Below, piece after piece: positions 9,845 to 18,718 of a stretch of DNA of 45,193 nucleotides. The notes beneath the pieces were generated by a model, which saw nothing but the letters and a program-made list of their open reading frames with translations, had not been told where the DNA came from and made no database searches. Each line of letters begins with the position of its first letter. The stretch's first letter is position 1. Both the position numbers and the translations under genes were made by a program. This DNA comes from Saprospiraceae bacterium (lineage in GTDB: Bacteria > Bacteroidota > Bacteroidia > Chitinophagales > Saprospiraceae), in the NCBI GenBank assembly GCA_039927395.1, contig JBDSUZ010000296.1:1-45193 (forward strand), written 5' to 3'.

Positions 9845-12076
9845 TCATCGCGTTATTACGCCAAGTTCTGCTGCTGATATAAATGGTTTACCATCAGCAG
9901 TCTCCAAGAAATTCCATTGAATGTATCGTGTTGACAACGGTGCTGAAAACATGATCTTCTTAGGATTTCGATCCCTTAGTACATTATCAAGCTTATCTGA
10001 TATCAAAGGCACAATCACCCAATCCTTTCCATTGTTACTTGCTCTAATTTCAATTTTTTGAGGTAGCCCATCGCGGATATCGATTGGTGCTTGGTAGCTC
10101 AGTCCTCTAAGGCTCAGGCTATCGCCAAAATCAATGCTCAATGACTGTGGCAAATTGCCACCAGATTGATTTGAGATCCAAATTGTGGCTGGGTCGCCAT
10201 CAATGGCATTGTTTGCACTATAATAATCTGTAGAAAGTTGACTTGAGAACTTGCTAATTCTCCACTTTGTCGGTGGAATATCGAAAGAGGCCGAAGCTAC
10301 CATTGACCTTCGATTACCACTGACGCTGATGGCTTTGACAGTACCTCCCTGCGGCAAATCGACTGGAAAGAAGAATGTTTCAGATTGAAATGTCGGAATC
10401 GTACCATCAATCGTGTACTTAAATTTTTCCGACGATGGAATGCTGCTAAAAAATACTCGCCCTTGCTTATCGCGACGAATCGTAGGAGTAGGCATTCTGA
10501 TCTCGCGGTTGTAAACCGCTATTTCGGACAAAACCGGCATACCCCTGCAAGACAGGATCCGCAATCGCAATTGATTAGATCGGACGGAAATACTGCGGAT
10601 CAATTTGCGATATCCGACGGTTTGGCCTTTGCCAATTTCTTCCCAGTGGTTGTCAATCCAAGCGTCGATGGTAAACGATTCGATACGTTGACCTGTTTTG
10701 GAAATTGGTTCTCTCAATTCCACAACATTAAATTCCTTGAATCCCTTGTCGAACTCCAAATACAGCTCGTATGTTTTAGCATTCAGTGCAGGAGTCCACA
10801 CGGTCTGCGAATTACCGTCGGTGAGATTGCGGGAGCGATAACGTGCATTTTCATGGATGGTGATGACATCGGCCTTCAAAGCTAGGTTATTGGAAAATGT
10901 CCGTTTGATTTCTGCTCCCATTGCTTCAAGTGTTGCGGCATCCTTGCGTGGAATCTGGCCAGTTCGATCTGGCGTCATATTTAGCAAAAACACAGAATTA
11001 CCACCCACGGAATTGTACCAGACATCTAATAATTCGTCCTGACCTTTGAGAAATTGGAGTGTATCTCGATAAAACCAACCGTAGCGCATGGAGGTATTAG
11101 TCTCTGCGGGATACCAGTATAGAAATTTTGCTTTTGCTAGCTTGTCCCGACTCCCTAGGTCTGCTTCCATGCGATCTTGCCACCGCTGTTCGAGAACAGG
11201 GGCGTCGAGTGGAATCACACTCCATTCGGACCCACGCGTGTTGCCTGCTTCGTTGCCACACCATCTGACATCAGGTCCTTTGACTGCAATGACGGCATTG
11301 GGCTGTAATCGGCGAATCAGTTGATACCAGGCTTGATAATCGTAAGTTTGAGATCCGGGCTTTGGATTTGCTCCGTCTAACCAGATTTCACTTACAGGGC
11401 CATAATTCAGTAACAACTCTGCGAGCTGCTCCATATAGTACTTGTTGTAGTCATCAACCAAGTACGGCATCGAATCTCTGTGGCCACTCGGTATATAGAC
11501 CAATTGTGACTTGCTTCCATTGCCATAACGCTTCCCGGGCAGCATTTCGTGGAGATCGGCAGGGGATAGATAAAATCCAAGACTTAGCCCAGCGGCATGG
11601 CAAGAATCTGCCAATGATTTCATCAAATTAGGATCGGCCGGAGAGTTCTTGATCGAGTGATCTGTCCATTTACTTGGCCACATGCAAAATCCGTCATGGT
11701 GCTTTGCTGTGAAAATCAATCCTTTCATTCCAGCAAGTTTGGCTGTGCGAATCCATTGTGAGGGGTCGAGATTTGACGGAGAAAACTGGGAGGGCAATTC
11801 TGTGCCAGTTCCCCATTCATTTCCTGTAAATGTGTTCATACCAAAATGTATGAATCCAATAAATTCTTGCTCCTGCCATTTCATCTGACGAAGTTCGGGA
11901 CGAACTTCAGTTGCCAATTGAGCAATTTGTTCAGCATTGTATCCCGGTGGAACCGCAACTATCGGGTTGGGAGGCATTTCAGGCCAAATTCCGGACGAGC
12001 TGCTCTTACAGCCATTGAATATTAACATGCCCAACACAGAGAGCCAACAAATAAACTTAATGGGGTCTTTTTTCAT
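9845..12076 (-). CDS. GH29 alpha-L-fucosidase with C-terminal F5/8 type C (discoidin) domains
   Basis: Signal/lipoprotein N-terminus (LIFNGCKSS), the GH29 core motif FTAKHHDGFCMWPS, and a C-terminal NAIDGDPATIW discoidin-type motif. Confidence 0.85.
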   Translation of the reverse strand: MKKDPIKFICWLSVLGMLIFNGCKSSSSGIWPEMPPNPIVAVPPGYNAEQIAQLATEVRPELRQMKWQEQEFIGFIHFGMNTFTGNEWGTGTELPSQFSPSNLDPSQWIRTAKLAGMKGLIFTAKHHDGFCMWPSKWTDHSIKNSPADPNLMKSLADSCHAAGLSLGFYLSPADLHEMLPGKRYGNGSKSQLVYIPSGHRDSMPYLVDDYNKYYMEQLAELLLNYGPVSEIWLDGANPKPGSQTYDYQAWYQLIRRLQPNAVIAVKGPDVRWCGNEAGNTRGSEWSVIPLDAPVLEQRWQDRMEADLGSRDKLAKAKFLYWYPAETNTSMRYGWFYRDTLQFLKGQDELLDVWYNSVGGNSVFLLNMTPDRTGQIPRKDAATLEAMGAEIKRTFSNNLALKADVITIHENARYRSRNLTDGNSQTVWTPALNAKTYELYLEFDKGFKEFNVVELREPISKTGQRIESFTIDAWIDNHWEEIGKGQTVGYRKLIRSISVRSNQLRLRILSCRGMPVLSEIAVYNREIRMPTPTIRRDKQGRVFFSSIPSSEKFKYTIDGTIPTFQSETFFFPVDLPQGGTVKAISVSGNRRSMVASASFDIPPTKWRISKFSSQLSTDYYSANNAIDGDPATIWISNQSGGNLPQSLSIDFGDSLSLRGLSYQAPIDIRDGLPQKIEIRASNNGKDWVIVPLISDKLDNVLRDRNPKKIMFSAPLSTRYIQWNFLETADGKPFISAAELGVITR

Positions 12077-12095
12077 TTACATTTCTTGGAGCCGG

Positions 12096-12103
12096 CAAAA
12101 ATA
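12096..12103 (-). promoter_or_regulatory. candidate -7 box TATTTTTG upstream of the fucosidase gene
   Basis: The reverse complement of caaaaata matches TAnnTTTG. It sits about 20 nt upstream of the ATG at 12076. Confidence 0.3.
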
Positions 12104-12206
12104 CAACCATTTGGTTGCCTTTGAATTTCATTTCGAAATTGTGGGATTCAATGAATACTAAAACTATTCATGCCGCTTATTTATTTTCAAGGAATAAAAC
12201 TATCAA

Positions 12207-12764
12207 ATGTCTCTTACTGAATCGAAAATGTTGCCTCTAGGTTCCTTAGCCCCCGATTTTACACTTCCTGATACTATCAGTGATCAATTGTTGAGTCTTC
12301 AGGACTTGAAGGGAGAGAAAGGAACTGTCATTATGTTCATCTGCAACCACTGTCCATATGTGTTGCATGTCAACGATGAGTTGATCAGAATTGCCAAAGA
12401 TTATCAGAGCAAAGGGATTGCATTTATAGCCATAAGCTCCAATGATGCTCAAAAATACCCGATGGATGGCCCCGCAAAGATGAAGATCCATGCCAAAACT
12501 GTTGGCTATCCATTTCCATACTTATATGATGAAAGTCAGGACGTCGCCCGAGCCTATGATGCTGCTTGTACTCCGGACCTATATGTATTTGACGCTGAAT
12601 CCAGGCTTAGCTACCGCGGACGTTTAGATGGCTCAAGGCCAAATAATCAGGTAGCCCTGAGCGGTGAAGATTTGAGGGCGGCGCTCGATGCAATATTGCA
12701 TGGGAATGCTGTTGCTGAAAAGCAGTATCCTAGTGCCGGTTGTAATATTAAATGGAAAAACTGA
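12207..12764 (+). CDS. thioredoxin-fold (AhpC/TSA-like) thiol-disulfide oxidoreductase
   Basis: CNHCPY CxxC motif in a thioredoxin-fold context (VIMFICNHCPYV). ATG start. Confidence 0.8.
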   Translation: MSLTESKMLPLGSLAPDFTLPDTISDQLLSLQDLKGEKGTVIMFICNHCPYVLHVNDELIRIAKDYQSKGIAFIAISSNDAQKYPMDGPAKMKIHAKTVGYPFPYLYDESQDVARAYDAACTPDLYVFDAESRLSYRGRLDGSRPNNQVALSGEDLRAALDAILHGNAVAEKQYPSAGCNIKWKN

Positions 12765-12788
12765 AGTGGCTTCTTAATGACAACTAGG

Positions 12789-13394
12789 TCATTTTTGAGT
12801 TTCGACCTTGTTGATCTGCGATTCTAAGATCAAACTCTGTACGGTTTCAACACTAGGTTGGATCTGACGAACATCATACCTGTACAGCTCATAAGTCTCG
12901 ATCGTTTCGATCAAACGCTCAGCATATTTTGGATTCGTGGCATATCCACAGGCTTTGATACCAAGGGCCCAGGCTTTGTAATCTGATACATCCAATTTGA
13001 AAAGTCCACTGTAATATGAACGGTTTCGCAAAAATTCGGAGTGGTCGATAAATGAAGCTTCGGCTGAGTCGTAGACCCTGAAACAAGACTTGATCAAATT
13101 GCCGTTCTTGTCACGGTCGTCGTCCTCCATTTGGAAAGTTGGACCTTGCCATGTGTTTTTGCATTTGATCCCAAAATAGTTGTTGGTTGATTGAGACAGG
13201 CGGCTGGTGCCAAAATCTGTCTCAACTATAGCTTGAGCTAGTTTAACGCTTGCTGGAATGTTCGTTCGTTTCATTTCCTCTAGAGCTACAGGGTAGAACC
13301 GTTCGATGAAAGCGAATTTGTATTCATCCGCATCTTTGAATCCTGTACTTATACATGCAAGTATCAGGCAAACTAATGTTGCTATTTTATTCAT
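12789..13394 (-). CDS. glucosaminidase-domain protein (mannosyl-glycoprotein endo-beta-N-acetylglucosaminidase-like)
   Basis: Signal peptide plus ASVKLAQAIVETDFGTS...NNYFGIK, typical of GH73/FlgJ-type glucosaminidase. Confidence 0.75.
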   Translation of the reverse strand: MNKIATLVCLILACISTGFKDADEYKFAFIERFYPVALEEMKRTNIPASVKLAQAIVETDFGTSRLSQSTNNYFGIKCKNTWQGPTFQMEDDDRDKNGNLIKSCFRVYDSAEASFIDHSEFLRNRSYYSGLFKLDVSDYKAWALGIKACGYATNPKYAERLIETIETYELYRYDVRQIQPSVETVQSLILESQINKVETQK

Positions 13395-13574
13395 ATCTGG
13401 GGGAAGTAATTCATGAACAAAAGGGGTAAGCGACGACGATTGACAAAAATACCTTTTCGTACGCTGACGGGCAGTATAACATAGGGTAAAATTATTTGTG
13501 CAAAATTCATGCCATAAGCTGATTAAATCGGGACTTGATCAAGAAATCCCGAAGTTTCAAAAATTGATCTATTT

Positions 13575-14300
13575 TTGATCCTCAATTGTCTAAATAACAT
13601 TCTGTTGAAGCGATCAACTCTTGTCCTAACGATCCTTGCACTCGTGTTGTTGCTGGACCAAATGCTCAAACTCTGGGTCAAAACTCACCTTTCGTATGGT
13701 GAGCAATTCAGCATATTCGGTACCGATTGGGCTTATATCCACTTTGTTGAAAACAATGGGATGGCCTTCGGAATCAGCTTCGGTGGCGAACTCGGCAAAC
13801 TTGCCCTAAGTCTCTTCCGTATTGCTGCGGTTGTGTTTCTGGGATTTTTGATCCGCAATCTGATCAAACAGTCTGCCACTAAAGGACTGCTTGTCTGTCT
13901 ATCTCTTGTAATGGCCGGAGCCATTGGCAATATCTTAGATTCAGCTTTCTACGGACTTCTATTTTCGGCTTCCGACTATCACGGAGGATTGTCGCAGTTT
14001 ATGGGGGACGACGGTGGTTATGCTCCCTTCTTGCATGGCAAGGTGGTAGATATGTTCTACTTCCCAATTATCGACACCATCCTTCCGGATTGGTTTCCTA
14101 TTTGGGGGGGGCAACGTTTTGAGTTTTTCAAACCTATATTCAATGTGGCTGATACCGCCATTAGCATAGGAATCATTTCTCTATTGCTCTTTCAGCGCAA
14201 GTTCATTACGCATTCAGATAATTCCAGCAATCCAATTCAACACCCTGTAGAACCAGAGGCTAGCACAAATGATGTCGATAAAGTCGACAACGTCGAGTAA
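13575..14300 (+). CDS. lspA: lipoprotein signal peptidase (signal peptidase II)
   Basis: Carries the FVENNGMAFGI and FNVADTAISIG motifs. The start is uncertain: TTG at 13575 or TTG at 13605, with no upstream ATG. Confidence 0.85.
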   Translation: MILNCLNNILLKRSTLVLTILALVLLLDQMLKLWVKTHLSYGEQFSIFGTDWAYIHFVENNGMAFGISFGGELGKLALSLFRIAAVVFLGFLIRNLIKQSATKGLLVCLSLVMAGAIGNILDSAFYGLLFSASDYHGGLSQFMGDDGGYAPFLHGKVVDMFYFPIIDTILPDWFPIWGGQRFEFFKPIFNVADTAISIGIISLLLFQRKFITHSDNSSNPIQHPVEPEASTNDVDKVDNVE

Positions 14301-14329
14301 TTTGACAAATTTGAGCGTAACTGTTTGTT

Positions 14330-14647
14330 CTATGCGTTTGCTTTAGCGTTATAATAATGATTAACGGCTTTCATCGCATTGGCGACTTTGGCGTAATCAA
14401 TACTGTAGTGCACATACTTACCATCTCGTTCAGTAATTACGACTCCAGCACCCCGCATGATGCGCAGATGTTGAGAGGTGATTGACTGTTCTAAATTGAG
14501 CGTATTGTAGATCTTGTTTACATTGATCACTTTGTGTTGATCAATAAACTCCAAAATCTTAATGCGGAGGGGGTGCGCTAGTGCGCGGAGAATTTCAGAG
14601 GAAATCTGGATTTTCTCGTTGTTAAAAGTAACCTTAGTCCTTTTCAT
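14330..14647 (-). CDS. ArsR/SmtB-type winged-helix transcriptional regulator (no metal-site cysteines)
   Basis: ATG at 14647 (MKRTKVTFNN...). HTH region LRALAHPLRIKILEFI...QSITSQHLRIMRGAGVV. The longer ORF start would run through a terminator hairpin. Confidence 0.8.
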   Translation of the reverse strand: MKRTKVTFNNEKIQISSEILRALAHPLRIKILEFIDQHKVINVNKIYNTLNLEQSITSQHLRIMRGAGVVITERDGKYVHYSIDYAKVANAMKAVNHYYNAKANA

Positions 14648-14715
14648 GGGAAAAAGCAATTTGTAGTTTTCGACGACCTTGATGCCAACAAATATGCGGC
14701 AAAAAAAGATAGCTA

Positions 14716-14752
14716 CAAACAAAAAGACCACAAAATTTTCATTTTGTGGTCT
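14716..14752 (-). terminator. rho-independent terminator between the two ArsR-like genes
   Basis: A perfect 12-bp stem, AGACCACAAAAT/ATTTTGTGGTCT (14725-14752), with a 4-nt loop. On the minus strand it is followed by TTTTGTTTG. Confidence 0.7.
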
Positions 14753-14845
14753 GATTTTCTTTAGATAAGGTCTATAAACTAAATGTACCCTTTAGGCATC
14801 TAGTCTAAAACTCTTGAGGGTCAATACGTTAAGTAACTTTTGTTA

Positions 14846-15184
14846 TCAGATCGCTAAATCTTCAACCAATTTAAATATTTGTATCAAACGGTCTCTGTCA
14901 AGGGCATAGTGTATAAATTTACCCTGTCGATCCGTTCTAACGACTCCAGCTCTTCGCAAAATAGCCAAATGTTGGGAGGCAACGGATTGCTCCAGGCGCA
15001 ATTTGATATAGATGTCGGTTACAGTCAGTGCCTCATTCTCATCGAGTACATCAATGATTCGTTGGCGTAGCTTGTGGTTCACGGCACGTAACACCAGAAC
15101 GGCCTTGCGTAACTTAGCATAGTCAAGATGTACATCTTGGTTGCCATGCTTTAGAGTTACGATCTCGTTCTTCTGTTTTTTCAT
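14846..15184 (-). CDS. ArsR/SmtB-type winged-helix transcriptional regulator, paralog of 14330..14647
   Basis: ATG at 15184 (MKKQKNEIV...). HTH region LRAVNHKLRQRIIDVL...QSVASQHLAILRRAGVV. Confidence 0.8.
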   Translation of the reverse strand: MKKQKNEIVTLKHGNQDVHLDYAKLRKAVLVLRAVNHKLRQRIIDVLDENEALTVTDIYIKLRLEQSVASQHLAILRRAGVVRTDRQGKFIHYALDRDRLIQIFKLVEDLAI

Positions 15185-15340
15185 ATCGTAATGATTTATT
15201 CTGTTTTTGGGTTTCCATATCGTACTTACCAAAACTGTACCAAAATCACTCATTTGAAAAACTTTTAAATTGTATCATGTTTGACTACCATTCAAATAGA
15301 ATGATAATTAACATTATTCATATATATAACAAACAGAACG

Positions 15341-16030
15341 TTAGCTAAAAAGTTGTCGTTTTGAGGTCGTTATATTCGGCTTTTTAAAATATATAGGGCT
15401 CGCTAAAGCGGCCTGAGAAAAGCGGGATTCCTCAAATGCCGCTAAAGACAATTCAGCCATATGTTGAGCGGATGGCAAAATGCCTGAATTCTGAACTTCG
15501 GAAGATAAACCGACAATAGCCCATTTATCAGTGCCAGTCCCTGATAAGACTAAGTTGGAGAATATCAATGAAGTGCCGGCAAATGCTCCCTCATTCAAGA
15601 TTAAGTCTGGGAAATGCTCAATCAACCTACCATCATGATCATATAATGCAGCGGCTACTTCCATCCTTCGCGCGTCAATCATGGCAAGATGAAAAATGTC
15701 CTTGCCTGGAAATAATTTCCTGCTGGCGGCAGCTAATGCCTCGAGAGTCGATATTTCTATGAGTGGGATCGATAGGCCAAGACAAAGTCCTTTTGCGACG
15801 GAATAGGCCACCCTAAGGCCAGTATAAGAGCCAGGACCAGCGCTAATGGCTATCGCATTTAGTTGCTGCAATTTGAAGCCTGCTTTGGCTGCGCATTCAG
15901 AGATAAGATTAGTAAGTACAACCGATGGATTATCACCTGGATTACTGAAGAGCTCCACTGTGCCATCTAAATTGGTCCAAGCCACTGAGCATTGGTCACT
16001 CACAGTATCAATCAATAAAATGTTAGCCAA
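15341..16030 (-). CDS. tsaB: tRNA N6-threonylcarbamoyladenosine biosynthesis protein TsaB
   Basis: ILLIDT...GPGSYTGLRV motif and about 229 aa. TTG start, so the start is uncertain. Confidence 0.8.
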   Translation of the reverse strand: MANILLIDTVSDQCSVAWTNLDGTVELFSNPGDNPSVVLTNLISECAAKAGFKLQQLNAIAISAGPGSYTGLRVAYSVAKGLCLGLSIPLIEISTLEALAAASRKLFPGKDIFHLAMIDARRMEVAAALYDHDGRLIEHFPDLILNEGAFAGTSLIFSNLVLSGTGTDKWAIVGLSSEVQNSGILPSAQHMAELSLAAFEESRFSQAALASPIYFKKPNITTSKRQLFS

Positions 16031-16058
16031 GCTCTTGTGTTTAATGCGGAGGAACTGA

Positions 16059-17693
16059 CTATTTCAAGGCTTTCTCATACTTCGAAGGATCTTCGAGATA
16101 CTGAATTGCCGTCAAGATCTCATTGTCGTTTTTCAAGTCGTACTGGATCTTGCCCTTCTGATAGTAGTACCTAGAAACGATTTCTTCTTCGATCTCCTTA
16201 ATGATCTCTGACTTATATTGCTGCATGTCGTCTTTCTTCTCCAAGCGAATCTTTGCTTGCAATGTTTCAATTTCAGTGGCAACCTCCTTACTAAATTGAT
16301 CCTCGGTACTTTTTTCCTGAAGAGTTTTCAGCAGTTTTTCAGATTCAGTCTCATATGTAAATTTTGACTTCTCTGCAAAGCGGACAAAATCATCGTAGTC
16401 AAGAAATTTGAAATCAGCAGCGGCCACAATACTTGGATGCGCTTGATAATATTCTGTAGCATATTTGAATATGACGCTCTTCTCATTCAATCCCTTGACG
16501 ATGGATGGGGAAGCCATTTTCACAATGCGTATATCAGGAGTGACTCCACCACCATCGAGAACTTTTCTGCCACTTCGAGTGCGATAAGTATTGCGAAGCG
16601 AGTCGGCAATATCCTTCGGTTCTCCGTCAATATATTGCACACTCTGTATACAGCGTCCGCTAGGAATATAGTATTTGGAAGTAGTCAACTTAACTCTAGA
16701 ATTGTATCCCACATCTCTTGTGTTCTGCACTAGTCCCTTGCCGTAAGAGCGCTGACCAATCAATAGGCCACGATCCAAATCCTGAATTACACCCGATACG
16801 ATCTCTGACGCAGATGCCGAGTGCTTGTTGACTAGCACGGCTAACCTCACTTTTTCGTCTATCGAGTTATTGAGTGTCTTGTATGACTTGTCCCATTCAC
16901 GTACCTTACCTTTAGTCGATACGACCAATTCATTTTTGGGAATGAATACATTGCAAATATTTACCGCCTCATTCAGCAATCCTCCGCCATTTTCCCTTAA
17001 GTCCAAAATCACCGATTCCATCAAAGGATTTTTAGATTTCAGATCATTATAAGCATCTGCAACGTGCTCTCCAGCATCTTGAGTAAAAGTGGTCAAAACG
17101 ATGTAACCAACTTTTGGCGAAACCATACCCCAATAAGGCACATTCTTCATCGACACTTCTGATCGGATAAGCTTCACAATAATCGGATCTTTTTGCCCAG
17201 GTTTCAGCACACTCATTTCGATATCTGTACCGGGAACACCTCTCATGATGGCAGTTACTTCGTCGTTGTCTTTGCCTTTGGCGCTCTTGCCATTGATCGA
17301 CAAGATGATATCTCCTGCTTTTAGCCCTGCTTTATCTGCAGCAAAGCCTTCATAGGGTTCGATGACCGTAGGATAATCGTCTACTTTTCTCACTACAGCA
17401 CCGATGCCATTGTATTTGCCTTCGGTCATATAACGGTAGCTCTCGATTTGATTCTCCGTGATGTAATTGGTGTATGGATCCAAGCTTCCAACCATCGCAT
17501 CGATGCCTGTTTTCATCAATTTATTAGGATCCAGATCATCAACATAGTAAGTGTTGAGGTCTTTATATAGGTTGGCAAAAATCTCCAGGTTCTTGGCTAT
17601 TTCAAAATATTTATCCCCTTCATCGCGAATCGCGGCAATGCCTAGAACGGCAATTAAGGCAATGACGGAATATTTTAGGACCTTCTTTTTCAT
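16059..17693 (-). CDS. S41-family C-terminal processing peptidase with PDZ domain
   Basis: The ATG at 17693 gives the signal/anchor MKKKVLKYSVIALIAVLGIAA. PDZ region (AGLKAGDIILSINGKS) and the catalytic-serine context NKHSASASEIVSG. Confidence 0.85.
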   Translation of the reverse strand: MKKKVLKYSVIALIAVLGIAAIRDEGDKYFEIAKNLEIFANLYKDLNTYYVDDLDPNKLMKTGIDAMVGSLDPYTNYITENQIESYRYMTEGKYNGIGAVVRKVDDYPTVIEPYEGFAADKAGLKAGDIILSINGKSAKGKDNDEVTAIMRGVPGTDIEMSVLKPGQKDPIIVKLIRSEVSMKNVPYWGMVSPKVGYIVLTTFTQDAGEHVADAYNDLKSKNPLMESVILDLRENGGGLLNEAVNICNVFIPKNELVVSTKGKVREWDKSYKTLNNSIDEKVRLAVLVNKHSASASEIVSGVIQDLDRGLLIGQRSYGKGLVQNTRDVGYNSRVKLTTSKYYIPSGRCIQSVQYIDGEPKDIADSLRNTYRTRSGRKVLDGGGVTPDIRIVKMASPSIVKGLNEKSVIFKYATEYYQAHPSIVAAADFKFLDYDDFVRFAEKSKFTYETESEKLLKTLQEKSTEDQFSKEVATEIETLQAKIRLEKKDDMQQYKSEIIKEIEEEIVSRYYYQKGKIQYDLKNDNEILTAIQYLEDPSKYEKALK

Positions 17694-17809
17694 AATACTG
17701 CGCGGTAAACTTCGTGACTGAAACGACAAATTACTGGAAATCTATACGATGGCAAGCGATTTTAGACCAGATAAACGCTAAGTCTAGATCAAATCGACCT
17801 AATGTGCTC

Positions 17810-18577
17810 TTAACCGACCAAAAACAAACGAATCGACTGCAATATTTGTTCTGGCTTGTCAGCATGTACCCAATGGCCGGCGCCTTCGATGCGCTCGAAT
17901 TGCGCATGGGTGAATTGCTTCCGAATCATAGGAAGATCGGAGTCCAAAATATACTCTGACTCAGATCCTCGAATAAATAGCGTAGGATTGGTAAATGGCA
18001 CTGAAAATTTGATTTCCCTTGAGATCTCATCATACTTATTGACTAAGACCGGCAGATTCATTTTCCACTGTAATTCACCATTGGTGCTTCGATTGAGATT
18101 TTTTAGCAAGAATTGCACCGTGCCCTGATCATGAATCCCTTTCTCCAGTTTCTTTTGCACTTCTGACCTTGACTCGATCGACTCTAAATCTATGCTGCTT
18201 AAGATCTTGAGAATATCCTCATGGCCACCCACGTAAGCCTTCGGAGCAATATCCACAATAACCATCTTATGTATCATATCAGGGTATTCAGTGGCGAATT
18301 GCATAGCCGTCTTGCCACCCATGGAATGTCCGATCAGTCGCAATTTTTCGAATATCCATTGCTGATCAAGAAATTCCTTAAGATCTTCAGCCATGGCCGC
18401 AAAATTCATTTCCGTTGAATGGGGTGATTTGCCATGATTGCGCTGGTCAATAAGAAATACTGTATACTCTTCGGCCAAATGACGACCAATAGTCTGCCAA
18501 TTATCCAAAGTCCCTAAGAAACCATGCAAAATCACCAGGGGTTCGCCTGAACCCATGCTTTTGAATTTTAAATCCAT
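17810..18577 (-). CDS. alpha/beta-fold hydrolase
   Basis: HGFLG oxyanion region, GHSMGG nucleophile elbow and a C-terminal GHWVH histidine. Confidence 0.8.
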   Translation of the reverse strand: MDLKFKSMGSGEPLVILHGFLGTLDNWQTIGRHLAEEYTVFLIDQRNHGKSPHSTEMNFAAMAEDLKEFLDQQWIFEKLRLIGHSMGGKTAMQFATEYPDMIHKMVIVDIAPKAYVGGHEDILKILSSIDLESIESRSEVQKKLEKGIHDQGTVQFLLKNLNRSTNGELQWKMNLPVLVNKYDEISREIKFSVPFTNPTLFIRGSESEYILDSDLPMIRKQFTHAQFERIEGAGHWVHADKPEQILQSIRLFLVG

Positions 18578-18718
18578 ATCGGATTCGAATTGGCTTTTGT
18601 ACTTTTATAAGTTACGATGCGGAGAATACAATGAACATTCAACATGATTGTGATGTTCAAATCGCTTGGATTCAATAAAGATACATCGAGTTATTATACG
18701 CTGAACACGGATTGAATT

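Noticed and set aside
14648-14731. A longer start for the first ArsR-like gene (133-aa version).
   Set aside because: The extension is hydrophobic nonsense (VFLFVAIFFCRIF). It also runs through the strong terminator hairpin at 14725-14752.
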